Source: a virus (lineage: Duplodnaviria > Caudoviricetes). Taken from it: a stretch of 60,768 nt of DNA. The notes below the pieces were generated by a model that did not search any database, was not told where the DNA came from, and saw only the letters and a program-made list of their open reading frames with translations. The number at the start of each line of letters is the position of its first letter. Within the stretch, counting starts at the first letter, position 1. Position numbers and translations under genes: made by a program. The stretch is from IMG/VR virus record IMGVR_UViG_3300027985_001221, positions 1 through 60,768 of that record; one strand, written 5' to 3'. Below, in pieces: positions 38,469-48,839 of this stretch.

Positions 38469-39230
38469 TTAGAAATATCTGCTAAAAAATCCTTCTTTCT
38501 TCTGTGGCTGGAGAGGAGCTTCATATCTGTCTATTTCATCCTTGTACATTTCCTGCAGTCTTGGATCAAATGACTTAATTACATTGTATCTCTGCTCCGG
38601 GCTCATTCCTTGTAACCTTTGGTTGGCCATCTCAAATGCCTTAGCAGTAGTGTCCCTCATGGAAACATCAGCATACGCCTGACCGTATGTTTTTGGCTGC
38701 GGTTGGGGGGTACCCATTGGCATTGTAGGAGGATTCATTAATGAAGTTATATTTTTATCTTGACGAGTAAGGTCATACTGTCTAATGCTCTCTGCTAGAC
38801 TGGCTTTTTGAGAGTCATTAATGTCAGAATATCGTTTATTCTCGGCAGACAATTTTGCTGCCAATCTTTTACCCTCCTCACCCTGGGTAAACTTGGATCT
38901 CTCCATTGCCCCGGTTTCAGACATTTCAGTTCTTTTGGTGGCTCCCTCTTCTGTCATTTTAGTTCTTTCCAAAGAATTCTGATTGGACGACAGTAAACGG
39001 GCATTTTCATTGGCGTCCTTTAATCTTTGAACTGCCAGTTGGTTAGTACCCTGGGTAGCTAAACCGGCCAAATCATATCTTCCCCTGATATTGGCAACGT
39101 TGGCATTGGATTCATCCTGCATCCTTTGTATTTTCATCTGGGCATTAATCGCATTTGATTCACGATTAAGTTTTATGCGCCTAGTTGAATCCCTTTGAAT
39201 TTCTTCAGCTAATCTACCTGCACCAGCCAT
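38469..39230 (-). CDS. Internal virion protein candidate (helical, Ala/Gln-rich)
   Basis: Composition; adjacent to the giant gene. Confidence 0.6.
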   Translation of the reverse strand: MAGAGRLAEEIQRDSTRRIKLNRESNAINAQMKIQRMQDESNANVANIRGRYDLAGLATQGTNQLAVQRLKDANENARLLSSNQNSLERTKMTEEGATKRTEMSETGAMERSKFTQGEEGKRLAAKLSAENKRYSDINDSQKASLAESIRQYDLTRQDKNITSLMNPPTMPMGTPQPQPKTYGQAYADVSMRDTTAKAFEMANQRLQGMSPEQRYNVIKSFDPRLQEMYKDEIDRYEAPLQPQKKEGFFSRYF

Positions 39231-39233
39231 CTT

Positions 39234-41165
39234 TTATTCCTCCTCATAATTATGAGATTCACTAATACTTTCACCATGGCTCCAACTTTCACCATAATTA
39301 ACACTGCCATTGTAACCGAACGAAGCAGATGTATTAACAGCGTTGAGAGCAGATGCAGTAAGTTGTGCCCCGACATTCATTATGCCAGTGGTCCCTTGAA
39401 TTCTTAGTTGATTTATTGACTCATATCCTCTGGTCATTGCATCTATTTCTGCCGTAGCCTTTTTGATTCGCAATTCAGCTTCGGATATTCGTGCTGTTAT
39501 TTCTTGTATTTTAACCTGATAGTACGAAGAAATAGCAGATGTTTCAGCGTTATAACTGGACACTTCTGCCTCAAAAGCCGCAACAACATTTTGGTTGCTA
39601 GAAAGATGAGCGGTAAGTTCCACCTTATATGCTTCAAGTTCCGCCTTATATCTTTCTATTTCCTGAGTATTTAATTGAAGGCTATACTCAAGTTTTTTGA
39701 TTTGAATATCAACTTTTACCTTAGCTGAATCTACTTCTGCTATGTAAGCCTTGATTCTTTCCCCATATGTGTTAGCCTTTGTAGCCTCCGCCCTTACCAT
39801 GGTGTCATACACTTCGAATTTTACCTTTTCACCATCCAGTTGAGCGATGTATGCTTGGGTTTTGAGCTTAAAAGCTTCCATTTTCGATGCTTCAATTTCA
39901 GAAGCAATCCGGGCTCCCTCCATTTGCGCAGAGTACAATTTCATTTGCGTCTCGACAGCGGACACTTGCGCAGAGTAAACATCAACCAGACTTTTTTGCA
40001 CATCAGCTGTTACTTTTGATGCCTCTATTTGTGCCTTGAATACCTCAATATTTGTTACTGCCGCCCGGACCCTGACATCGTATAATTCAACCTGGGATTT
40101 GAATGCCTCCATATTAGCATTAAAGATGGCCACCGAAGCATTGTAAACCTCTATGGCATTCTGAGCATTGAATTTATTGATCTCAAATAATCGGTTAGTG
40201 TTATTGGTATAAAAGTTTCTGATCATTTCCTCAAGCTGTATGCCCTTATCAATTATGAATTGAGTATTCTTTTGAGCAAGTTCAGCCTGATTTATGGTTA
40301 TCTCCCGGAGGGAGGCAGAGTTATTCCTTGATATTTGATTGTTTGCCTCAGTTAATCTACCTATTAAAGCCCCTGGGGGTAGTGTCCAACCACGGGAAGA
40401 GAAATAATCGTTTGCTTCGGTGTATAACCTTTCATTTTCATCCTGCTGCTTATCCAGTAGTCTTTGGTAAATCGCGTCTTCAACCTCTACATCAAGGCCC
40501 GTACCACCGTTACGGATTCCATCAAGGACCTTAGCCAAAAGATCAGACCAGATATCAGACACATATGAAGGATCTTCACCCCATTCAAATTTGGCCGGTT
40601 CAGATAGGGTTACTGATGGTACTTCTATCTGAAATTCTGGCAAAGTTATACTGGGTGCTTCTGGTATGACTATTGAATCAAATGATGGCGCAGCTGGCAT
40701 TGTATAAGTTGGCATCGCTGGTATATCAACTTGATTCAAAGTTGGGGCATCCCCCGGAGAAGCAATGGTATTAAGCACTGGTAATTCAGGGTTATAATAC
40801 TCTGGAGCAGATACCGTCAATGCAGGAATGGTTACATCTTCAAATTCTGGTATAGAAGTATATACCGGACGAATTGCAGTGTTTTCTGGTAAAGTGGTAT
40901 CTATACTTAATGCCGATATACCGGGCCTATCTATTAAATCAAAACTGATTGGCTCATATTCAACATCAGCTATTTCTCCCACATCAGGAACCACTAAGCC
41001 CTGAATCATTGCATTAAGGGTACTTATATAACTCCTAGTTATATCAAAACTGTTATCAGCATACTCATTAACCAGAGCAAACTGATTTGTTATTATTTCG
41101 CTGGCCTGAACCGAACCAGAACTCCTACTCATACCATTGTCAGGTACATCAACAAATGTTCCCAT
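39234..41165 (-). CDS. Structural protein (Pro-rich N-terminus, long coiled coil)
   Basis: 643 aa in the structural operon. Confidence 0.65.
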   Translation of the reverse strand: MGTFVDVPDNGMSRSSGSVQASEIITNQFALVNEYADNSFDITRSYISTLNAMIQGLVVPDVGEIADVEYEPISFDLIDRPGISALSIDTTLPENTAIRPVYTSIPEFEDVTIPALTVSAPEYYNPELPVLNTIASPGDAPTLNQVDIPAMPTYTMPAAPSFDSIVIPEAPSITLPEFQIEVPSVTLSEPAKFEWGEDPSYVSDIWSDLLAKVLDGIRNGGTGLDVEVEDAIYQRLLDKQQDENERLYTEANDYFSSRGWTLPPGALIGRLTEANNQISRNNSASLREITINQAELAQKNTQFIIDKGIQLEEMIRNFYTNNTNRLFEINKFNAQNAIEVYNASVAIFNANMEAFKSQVELYDVRVRAAVTNIEVFKAQIEASKVTADVQKSLVDVYSAQVSAVETQMKLYSAQMEGARIASEIEASKMEAFKLKTQAYIAQLDGEKVKFEVYDTMVRAEATKANTYGERIKAYIAEVDSAKVKVDIQIKKLEYSLQLNTQEIERYKAELEAYKVELTAHLSSNQNVVAAFEAEVSSYNAETSAISSYYQVKIQEITARISEAELRIKKATAEIDAMTRGYESINQLRIQGTTGIMNVGAQLTASALNAVNTSASFGYNGSVNYGESWSHGESISESHNYEEE

Positions 41166-41174
41166 ATCACCCTC

Positions 41175-42599
41175 CTAAACGACCATCATGGGGGTTAAAG
41201 TGATTGAAGTTATTTCTTCATCAGTTGTTAATTCATTAAATATTTCCTGTATTGCTGCGTCAATATATAAACAATGTGGTTCAGAGGGGGAAGTAAATAC
41301 ATCACCGATAGTTGGCCCCACTGATTCTGGCTTATTTAAATTGTCTGGGTAAAATCCAACACTACTATACCCTACATATTCTTTATCGGCTGTTTCGGGG
41401 TTAATAAAAGTTATTGTGACAGCTGAATCTATTACTAAATCTTCGGTGGTTACTGCATAAGATACAACAAATGCAAAGTATGCCCCCGTAGCTCCAAATA
41501 TCATGTGCTTTCTCATAGTGTTGAAAGTTATGTACGTAGATTCAACTGGTAAATGATCCCATCCAGTACCTCCCGTATAATCATAATATCCATAAAATTC
41601 ATATCCAGCAGTAAGAGTGTGTGATATATTTCTACCCTTTACAAAAAACTCATAAGTTTTATATATGTTTTTTGTAACGTAATAGTTAACCCCCACGTAG
41701 AACCCACCCATTGAATACCAGTCTAAACATAATTGGTATGAATGGAGTTGATCAAGACAGTTATATTTTATACCAAATTCTAACAGTTCATCAGGATCAG
41801 AGGGTAAACCAGAATTAGAACTATAATATACTCCCGAAATGCCATAGCCATATGGTTCATTGGTATATTCCTCAGTTATATAATGAGTGTTACACAGCCA
41901 TTCCCCACAATTACCATCTATGTATTGATGTAAATAAGACCATTTCTCAAAGTCATCATGATAATCATATACGCTACCAACATTGTATGTATATGTATAT
42001 GTCTGGTGGTAATCACCTAAACAATACCTATCACTCCATGCCTCCTCCCATATTACACCTGGAGTAGTAGGTGGAGTATTAGGGGTAACATACAATAATG
42101 TGTTATTTAAGTATGTAGCAAGTGTTATGGTTGAATCGAAAAAATATTCATTAAGGAAAGATGAACAATAGGCACTCTCACATGGAAAGGTAAAAGTTGC
42201 CTCTGGATCATAATCCGTGGGGGACACTTTCTCCCCGGTGAGTACATCCACTAGGGTAACTATATCGTTAATTTTAATCTTTAGAAATTCTTTGGAGCAA
42301 AAATTTGTTTTATCAGATCCAGAGTGTCCTACTATGTATGTGTCCACCCCGTTATATAAGACAATGACTATGTCATTGGTTTTGAACGCAGTATGGCCCT
42401 GCAAATTTTCATCTTGACAATTGTATTTAAATCTGATGTTTTCGGCATCTATACTGTAATCCTCATGACAGTCTGATAAGAATGTAACTGATGCCGTGTT
42501 ATTGAATACGTTTATCGAATCAATCCGGGCTATCATTACAACTATATCTTTTAACTGGTCTATGGTTTCTAGTTCGTAGATACTTTCATCAGTCATCAT
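41175..42599 (-). CDS. Putative tail protein (Tyr-rich)
   Basis: 474 aa in the structural operon. Confidence 0.6.
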   Translation of the reverse strand: MMTDESIYELETIDQLKDIVVMIARIDSINVFNNTASVTFLSDCHEDYSIDAENIRFKYNCQDENLQGHTAFKTNDIVIVLYNGVDTYIVGHSGSDKTNFCSKEFLKIKINDIVTLVDVLTGEKVSPTDYDPEATFTFPCESAYCSSFLNEYFFDSTITLATYLNNTLLYVTPNTPPTTPGVIWEEAWSDRYCLGDYHQTYTYTYNVGSVYDYHDDFEKWSYLHQYIDGNCGEWLCNTHYITEEYTNEPYGYGISGVYYSSNSGLPSDPDELLEFGIKYNCLDQLHSYQLCLDWYSMGGFYVGVNYYVTKNIYKTYEFFVKGRNISHTLTAGYEFYGYYDYTGGTGWDHLPVESTYITFNTMRKHMIFGATGAYFAFVVSYAVTTEDLVIDSAVTITFINPETADKEYVGYSSVGFYPDNLNKPESVGPTIGDVFTSPSEPHCLYIDAAIQEIFNELTTDEEITSITLTPMMVV

Positions 42600-43239
42600 A
42601 GCACCCTTTAGGGTCTAGACTTACCTTCCTGAATCTTCCACTTTCAGGAAATGTTATTGGTATTATTCTATACGTGGGAAGATCCTCGGACACCTCACGA
42701 GGGCAGCACGCAGTTATATCATTACTAGTTCTGTCGCTTTTTCCGCAACAAACATTGGCTCCTTCCTGTCCATACCCATTTTCTATTAAGATTATTACTG
42801 GTATTGGGTAGTTGGTGCCATAATTAAAAAAGTCAGAGGCTAAACAATTATCATATATTACATAAAGATTCTTGGTGTTACAAATTTCAACTGTGTATTT
42901 GTACTCCTCGCTTGGGAACTCATCCCCAGGGTTAGTAGGCTGCAATATGTAGCCAAAAGCGAAGGAGCAAGTACAAAAGCATTCTCTGAAATCTCCCGGT
43001 TTTTTACCCCCGGCAGGGATGGGTGGTACTGTTATTCTAACTACTGACCTTCCAAAACTGTGTAAACATTCTATCACTACTGATCCATATCTTACCGTTC
43101 TCCAAGATTGACTTAAACCCTGGAATTTCATTTGGTTTATCAATATGTTTAGTTGTGATTTAGCCTCACCAATTAATTTTCTCCCAAGTACAGTATCCCC
43201 CTGTACTATTATCTTTGTCGGTATTTTAAGATATTCCAT
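42589..43239 (-). CDS. Putative tail protein (Cys-containing)
   Basis: Operon position. Confidence 0.6.
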   Translation of the reverse strand: MEYLKIPTKIIVQGDTVLGRKLIGEAKSQLNILINQMKFQGLSQSWRTVRYGSVVIECLHSFGRSVVRITVPPIPAGGKKPGDFRECFCTCSFAFGYILQPTNPGDEFPSEEYKYTVEICNTKNLYVIYDNCLASDFFNYGTNYPIPVIILIENGYGQEGANVCCGKSDRTSNDITACCPREVSEDLPTYRIIPITFPESGRFRKVSLDPKGCYDD

Positions 43240-43687
43240 AATTCCTAAACACCGTCATCGCGTCAACAGAGTCTATGGAAAAATCTCCACCATTTTTATT
43301 TGCAATATTTATTTTAAAATATGTTCCATGTATACTCCGGGGGATCGGGAATTTTTGTTTAGATGGCTTCATTGATGTACTTGGTATATCTACAGTATAA
43401 ACACTACCATCGTCAAATGAAACTGTTACTGTAATATAATCACTTGATTTATAACCAAAGTATAGAAACCTTACCCTTTTGACGCATAACATACCAAGAT
43501 CATTAACAACCGGTTCAAAATAAGCACTTATATTGGTCCCATTGTCATTTGATCCACCCATTTTAAATATGCCATCATCCCCCGCACAAATCGTTTCGCC
43601 ATTAAAGTTAACCATAGAGTTAAAATTAAAATTTGTAAACTGAGTGGTTGCATTTGCAGCTTTAAAATTGGTGCATAGGGATAACAT
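43226..43687 (-). CDS. Putative tail/structural protein
   Basis: Beta-rich, operon position. Confidence 0.6.
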   Translation of the reverse strand: MLSLCTNFKAANATTQFTNFNFNSMVNFNGETICAGDDGIFKMGGSNDNGTNISAYFEPVVNDLGMLCVKRVRFLYFGYKSSDYITVTVSFDDGSVYTVDIPSTSMKPSKQKFPIPRSIHGTYFKINIANKNGGDFSIDSVDAMTVFRNYGIS

Positions 43688-44559
43688 TATTGTACCGACC
43701 CCCTTATATGCCTAAGAACTGAATATGGGCTATTTTTTATTGATACATCAAATTTAGAAATTGGTAAAACCCCGCTAACATCAGCGATGGTATCAAAAAC
43801 AGTACCAACATTACCACGAATAACGGGAATGTTCCCATCGATGTCAGCATTGATCTGGGAAAAAACATTAATACTTCCCCCAGCAATTGGCATACTGGAA
43901 ATGATTGAAACCGACGTATCTGTGTGAGCATTTGTGCTTCCTCCGATTTTAGGCAATTCATCAGTTATTGAGATTAATTGTTCAATCTGAGCAGAAATAC
44001 CACCGATGATGGACACTAGAGAGGAGGCTATCGTAGCTACGATTGGTTCTGTCACTGCCATTTCTACGCTGGAAATTGGCAGAGATGATGTTATTATCGC
44101 CCCACAATTTAAAGTTATCCTGCCTAAGGGTAGATTACCGCCCATTTCCGACTCGACGATAATACTTGCTTCTAAAGACCCATTTATACCTGGTAAATCA
44201 TCTGATATTAAGGCTGCTCCCCACATAGTCATACTTGACATGGGCAAAGATCCACTCAATATCATACCTGTTTGTGCTGCATGTATCGAATCCCATCTAG
44301 CATCATCAGCTATTATGGGTAATTCACCCTCGATCCATGGCTGTCTTTCCATTTCTATGCTACATGATGATACTGGAAGACTACCCTCTAATGTACAGCC
44401 GATCATGGTGGTATCAACTTCCATCTCCATAGTAGAAACTGGAAGAGATCCACTTATATCAGCACTTACCCCCTCCTCTTCGGTGGATGGCATATACGAG
44501 TTATCAGAGGTATCTAAAAAAGCATTATCAGAGGTAGCTAAAAATGAATTAAGAGACAT
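43687..44559 (-). CDS. Repeat-rich structural protein
   Basis: Recurrent (I/L)xGxLP units. Confidence 0.6.
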   Translation of the reverse strand: MSLNSFLATSDNAFLDTSDNSYMPSTEEEGVSADISGSLPVSTMEMEVDTTMIGCTLEGSLPVSSCSIEMERQPWIEGELPIIADDARWDSIHAAQTGMILSGSLPMSSMTMWGAALISDDLPGINGSLEASIIVESEMGGNLPLGRITLNCGAIITSSLPISSVEMAVTEPIVATIASSLVSIIGGISAQIEQLISITDELPKIGGSTNAHTDTSVSIISSMPIAGGSINVFSQINADIDGNIPVIRGNVGTVFDTIADVSGVLPISKFDVSIKNSPYSVLRHIRGSVQ

Positions 44560-44563
44560 TGTG

Positions 44564-45430
44564 TTATCCGTTTATGTCATTTACTACTTGAGAAAACCCA
44601 ACCGGTGCGTATGTATGAGGATAATCGTACAAATTGTTACCACAATTTATGATAAATCCATGACCAGAGTTACTAGTAATGAATGCAAAACTGAAGTAAC
44701 CACTTATATCAATGTATCCTACTGGTCGCGCTCCCCTTGCTGGGTCCAGACCACTAGACCATACACCATCAATATGCACCCATACTGCTCCGGTAGCAGT
44801 GTCCAATGCGATGCCTATTATTTGATTGGCAGTATCACAAGGATTGTCAATATAATGGCCAGTGGACACTCCCCCAATTGTGATTTCGCCATTTAACTGT
44901 ATATCAAGGAGGTCAAGTTCATACATGTTACCTCCATCAGTTGTGCAAATACCAAGATGAGCGTTGTACCATGATGCTCCGGGGGCAACATGCTTAAATT
45001 CTGCATACACCCTTCTGCCAGCTTTGGTTATGATTTTACTTTGACCGGGGGTGTTCCAGTTATCCCCACCCGATACAAGACTTATATAATCATTGCTCGA
45101 ACTTGTAACGGTCCATGTTCCGTATGTTTGTGATGATTCCCAGTTGGCTGCTGTTCCCTTCGGCGGGAATCCGTTAAAGTTCATTTGAACTGAATACCAC
45201 CGAAGATCACCACCATTTGAATCGGGGGCAATAATCCTTGGAAATGACTCACTCGCGCCAGTTTCTTTTAAGATGTACAGGTACGCCTGTTCACCCTTTA
45301 TTACTATAGCAGCATCCCCCGCTGCTAATGGTACCATACTACTGTCGCCACAAGCATCAGCACCATCTATTGCGTCTAGAGCACCAGTACCACCACCGTT
45401 GATGGCACTGGCCCAATACAAGTTAGCCAT
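44564..45430 (-). CDS. Structural protein with SPRY/B30.2-like C-terminal domain
   Basis: YAEF...IIGIALD...G.VW...DG.W...INCG...P.GF. Confidence 0.55.
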   Translation of the reverse strand: MANLYWASAINGGGTGALDAIDGADACGDSSMVPLAAGDAAIVIKGEQAYLYILKETGASESFPRIIAPDSNGGDLRWYSVQMNFNGFPPKGTAANWESSQTYGTWTVTSSSNDYISLVSGGDNWNTPGQSKIITKAGRRVYAEFKHVAPGASWYNAHLGICTTDGGNMYELDLLDIQLNGEITIGGVSTGHYIDNPCDTANQIIGIALDTATGAVWVHIDGVWSSGLDPARGARPVGYIDISGYFSFAFITSNSGHGFIINCGNNLYDYPHTYAPVGFSQVVNDING

Positions 45431-45440
45431 TGGCTACTCC

Positions 45441-46166
45441 TTATGATGCGGGTTGAGTTAACGCTACTGAATCAACAGTTGTGGTTACTCCGGAAACCAG
45501 AGTTGTACTTGTCATGTTCATTTGCGCACCACTGGTAGCACAGGACCCATCCATCCTTACTGCAGTTGTACTTGCCCCGGTTGTAACGTTGTTGTCATAC
45601 ATTCGGAACCATCCTGCTACGCCAGATGCAAGATTTTGTCCAGACCATACATCAGCTGTCTCTTTGGCAATTACCCCGGCTGCAGCATCCCCCAAACGCA
45701 GACCATTTGTTACGGACCCAGGGGTAACAGCACCACTCGATACAGTAAGTCTGCATAATTTTGTACCTGTTTCAGCATCATCTGCAGAGGAGGGTTGAGC
45801 TCCCGAATAAATGTCAATAACCATTCCTCTGAAAGCACCGCGATAAGAACCACCAGAGGCAGAAGCCAATACAACGGTCGTTCCAGCAGCAACAGCAGTA
45901 AATGTCCCAGCAGCAACTTCAATTTTTCCACTTGCTACACTCAATATTTTAGCCACTATACCAGCATTCGCACCGCCGCCCGAAACAATGGTTATATCAT
46001 CGTATTGTTTGAAACCACCGAGCCCATTGCCACTATCATTAATGGTATCCCGACCATCAGTTCCATCGCCATCACCAAATGATATGGTAGAAGCATATGC
46101 CACAGCATGTACTGTAGCTTTACCTCCAAGAAGTTTATTCCTAAGGCCAGTTGACAATTTCCACAT
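45441..46166 (-). CDS. Structural protein
   Basis: LSTGLRN...IYSGAQPSSAD...AGWFR; Gly/Ala/Thr-rich. Confidence 0.65.
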   Translation of the reverse strand: MWKLSTGLRNKLLGGKATVHAVAYASTISFGDGDGTDGRDTINDSGNGLGGFKQYDDITIVSGGGANAGIVAKILSVASGKIEVAAGTFTAVAAGTTVVLASASGGSYRGAFRGMVIDIYSGAQPSSADDAETGTKLCRLTVSSGAVTPGSVTNGLRLGDAAAGVIAKETADVWSGQNLASGVAGWFRMYDNNVTTGASTTAVRMDGSCATSGAQMNMTSTTLVSGVTTTVDSVALTQPAS

Positions 46167-46168
46167 GT

Positions 46169-47089
46169 CTATTCTCCCACTGTATGAATGAAATTATATC
46201 CCCTAATGACCCCGGCACCAATACCATTCATCTGAGGATAAACAATTTTGTTTCTTGTTACGTTTATCATTTTTCCATCAGGAAGTCCAATGCATACACC
46301 CTTTTTGGACATCCATACGGCACATTCACCAATGGCAAGATTTTCCAACCCGATGTCAGTAGACTTTATTGTTTCCTTAGCCTCTGACCATTCTATAGCA
46401 GGATATTCAGCAACTATCTCCAGCGAAAAATCTTTTGGGTCTTTGCCATTAATAAAATAAGTTCTCTTTTCATCTGAAACAAAAATCCCATTTTCAACTG
46501 GTCTTACCATTAAAACTTTTGATTCAAATTGTGCAAAATCTCTGGTTCTATCGAAAAGGCCAAATGCAAATGGCTGTGACCACCACACAACATTCTCTTC
46601 CGAAACAAATATCCTACCGGAGAAAAATGCCAAATGACTACCAAATCGGGGTCCATCAAAACTTTTATTAGTGTCCGGGCCTACATATGTTTGAGCATCC
46701 CAATTAATAGCATCAGAATCTTTTGGTACTATCCCTTTGTTTTTACCATTGGTGTAGTATATGTCCTGATTTACCTGAACATATGCCATCGTATCATTTC
46801 CATCCAAAATGGCAATTTCAGTTGAACTATAATCGGGATTGAGTCTGTACATTACACCGTCTTTTATAAATAGACAGTTATATCCGCAACAAAAAAGGCT
46901 GTGACACGCCCCGGACACTAATCCAGTATATCCCGGTCTACGACCTGTGAATCCAGTTTCATCTATCATCACATTAACAGCAACACCCATGTCGCTGATC
47001 CCGGTTTCTGAATCATAGTTAATCCTTATCGGATCAACCACAGTGTTTAGTCCTTTGCAGCCTCTTATTATTGGGATTAATTTATTCAT
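46169..47089 (-). CDS. Putative tail nozzle/stabilisation (beta-propeller-like) protein
   Basis: Follows the adaptor gene; beta-rich; likely start 47089. Confidence 0.55.
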   Translation of the reverse strand: MNKLIPIIRGCKGLNTVVDPIRINYDSETGISDMGVAVNVMIDETGFTGRRPGYTGLVSGACHSLFCCGYNCLFIKDGVMYRLNPDYSSTEIAILDGNDTMAYVQVNQDIYYTNGKNKGIVPKDSDAINWDAQTYVGPDTNKSFDGPRFGSHLAFFSGRIFVSEENVVWWSQPFAFGLFDRTRDFAQFESKVLMVRPVENGIFVSDEKRTYFINGKDPKDFSLEIVAEYPAIEWSEAKETIKSTDIGLENLAIGECAVWMSKKGVCIGLPDGKMINVTRNKIVYPQMNGIGAGVIRGYNFIHTVGE

Positions 47090-47756
47090 AATCTTCGAAA
47101 TCGAATTTACTGTGAACTTCTTCAATTAAAAAGGGATCATCATCCTCAGGGCCAACAAATACCCGGAAATCTTCAAGGGCATCTTTGAACAGATTCTCAT
47201 AATAAATCGCATTGGACCTATCACTCTCCATGCTGTCCTCAACGTCATTGTAGATTTTACTGCATACCCAATTATGAATAAGATCATGAGCGTACCCATC
47301 ATCAATGTAATCTGGTATGTTGTCACCAGCTTCCAATGTTTCTGGTTTTGCCCTGTAATAAATCCTCAAACCTTGGGCAGAGGATGGTAATCTTTGATAA
47401 TACAATTGGTTAGAATACTTGGCAACAGCATCAACATTTCCAGACAAATCCAATCTGCCCAACTTTGAATCAAGAAGACTTCTAGAACCATACACTTTGG
47501 CCCACCCGAATGTATACAGATTGTAGCATCTTTTAAGATCTCTTTGGAAGTTGTCCGGAAGATCAATTAGATTGCCATCTGTAACAGTCTCCAGATCAGC
47601 AGTAAGGTATAATTCCTTTATGTCTATCTTGCTAGCTATGTAATGCATACACTTGTTAATAAACCCCAGTATGGTTACCGAAGTGTATGAACTATCTTGT
47701 ATGGTATTAGCTATACTAGCTTGCAAAGATGCGACAGTGGTTGTCATCTCATTCAC
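47082..47756 (-). CDS. Putative head-tail adaptor / tail tubular protein A-like
   Basis: Position after capsid genes; LPDNF...YRAKP..L pattern. Confidence 0.55.
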   Translation of the reverse strand: MNEMTTTVASLQASIANTIQDSSYTSVTILGFINKCMHYIASKIDIKELYLTADLETVTDGNLIDLPDNFQRDLKRCYNLYTFGWAKVYGSRSLLDSKLGRLDLSGNVDAVAKYSNQLYYQRLPSSAQGLRIYYRAKPETLEAGDNIPDYIDDGYAHDLIHNWVCSKIYNDVEDSMESDRSNAIYYENLFKDALEDFRVFVGPEDDDPFLIEEVHSKFDFEDYE

Positions 47757-47988
47757 CTATTGCCATAAAGAAACCGGCCTGAGCTGCACCAGGATCTGCA
47801 GTAACCACGGTAACATTTCCGCCTGATACTGTTACATTGGTAGCAGCCATCATTTCGAAATATTCAACCTTACGAAGGCCAGTGGCTACAACTCCACCAG
47901 TATCGCCACTCCCCTGGGCAAAAGTTCCCATACGAACTCTTTTGTTGCCCATAATCGTTTTAGTCGTAACGCTCGCTGAAAAGGACAT
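47749..47988 (-). CDS. Small structural protein
   Basis: AGGAG RBS, capsid operon. Confidence 0.6.
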   Translation of the reverse strand: MSFSASVTTKTIMGNKRVRMGTFAQGSGDTGGVVATGLRKVEYFEMMAATNVTVSGGNVTVVTADPGAAQAGFFMAIGE

Positions 47989-48002
47989 TTCATTTCTCCT
48001 AT

Positions 48003-48031
48003 GAAATACCCCCGACGTTAATCGGGGGTAT
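48003..48031 (-). terminator. Hairpin downstream of the capsid and decoration genes
   Basis: ATACCCCCGA/TCGGGGGTAT perfect 10-bp stem. Confidence 0.55.
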
Positions 48032-48061
48032 CAATTTATTTAATTCCAGTGATGACTGTAA

Positions 48062-48787
48062 TTAATCGATCTTCATGAATACCGGCTTATATTCGCCACT
48101 GACACCAGCGGTACCCCAAGAAACGGCAACGATGGGCATATCGATGTCAAGAGTAGCATTCATAGCCTGCAGTGCGCCAGAGGTGCCAGACAAGGTGAGC
48201 ATGGTACCCACAGCGGGTGTGCCATTAACCAGAGTACATGCAGGTCCACCGGTCTGCAGCCAACAGAAATAACCATCGGCTACGTCAACCAATGGGACAC
48301 CTGTTGCAAGCGACTCTTCGGTTGTGGTATGGGTAACACCATACCAGGGAGAGTGGATAAGGGCCAATTTGGATGTAGCATCGAGCCCGACTGCAGGATC
48401 TTCAAGGTCAAGGGTAATGGATGTACCGGCAGAAGTAACAGCGGTGTTGGCCCCGATTCTGAAAGATTTACCTGCGCCAGTTCCGGATTCAACCTGCATT
48501 ACGCCACCGGTGAATTTATTCTCGGCGATGGCAGTTCCGGCAGTGATGGTCAATGTTACCTGGGTATAGGTGGTGTTATAAGAGGCAAGTGCTGCAGTAA
48601 TATGAGCAGCGGGAACAGCAGCCGCTACTGTAACTTTACCTGCTGAAAGGGCTGCACCAGCCTTGGAATATCGCCATTTGGTACCATTATCAAGGATACG
48701 GATGGTACCGACTTTTTCTTTAGCCGTTGCACTGGTGTTACGAAGACCCTGAGCAAAAGCAGATGTTTTAATAGGTGCTTCACGCAT
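48062..48787 (-). CDS. Capsid decoration/cement protein candidate
   Basis: Directly after the major capsid gene; Ala/Gly/Thr-rich; WLQTGG. Confidence 0.6.
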   Translation of the reverse strand: MREAPIKTSAFAQGLRNTSATAKEKVGTIRILDNGTKWRYSKAGAALSAGKVTVAAAVPAAHITAALASYNTTYTQVTLTITAGTAIAENKFTGGVMQVESGTGAGKSFRIGANTAVTSAGTSITLDLEDPAVGLDATSKLALIHSPWYGVTHTTTEESLATGVPLVDVADGYFCWLQTGGPACTLVNGTPAVGTMLTLSGTSGALQAMNATLDIDMPIVAVSWGTAGVSGEYKPVFMKID

Positions 48788-48839
48788 TTTGTGTTTCCTC
48801 CTTCAATTCATTTACTGTTGGTTACTTTCGATTGGTCAA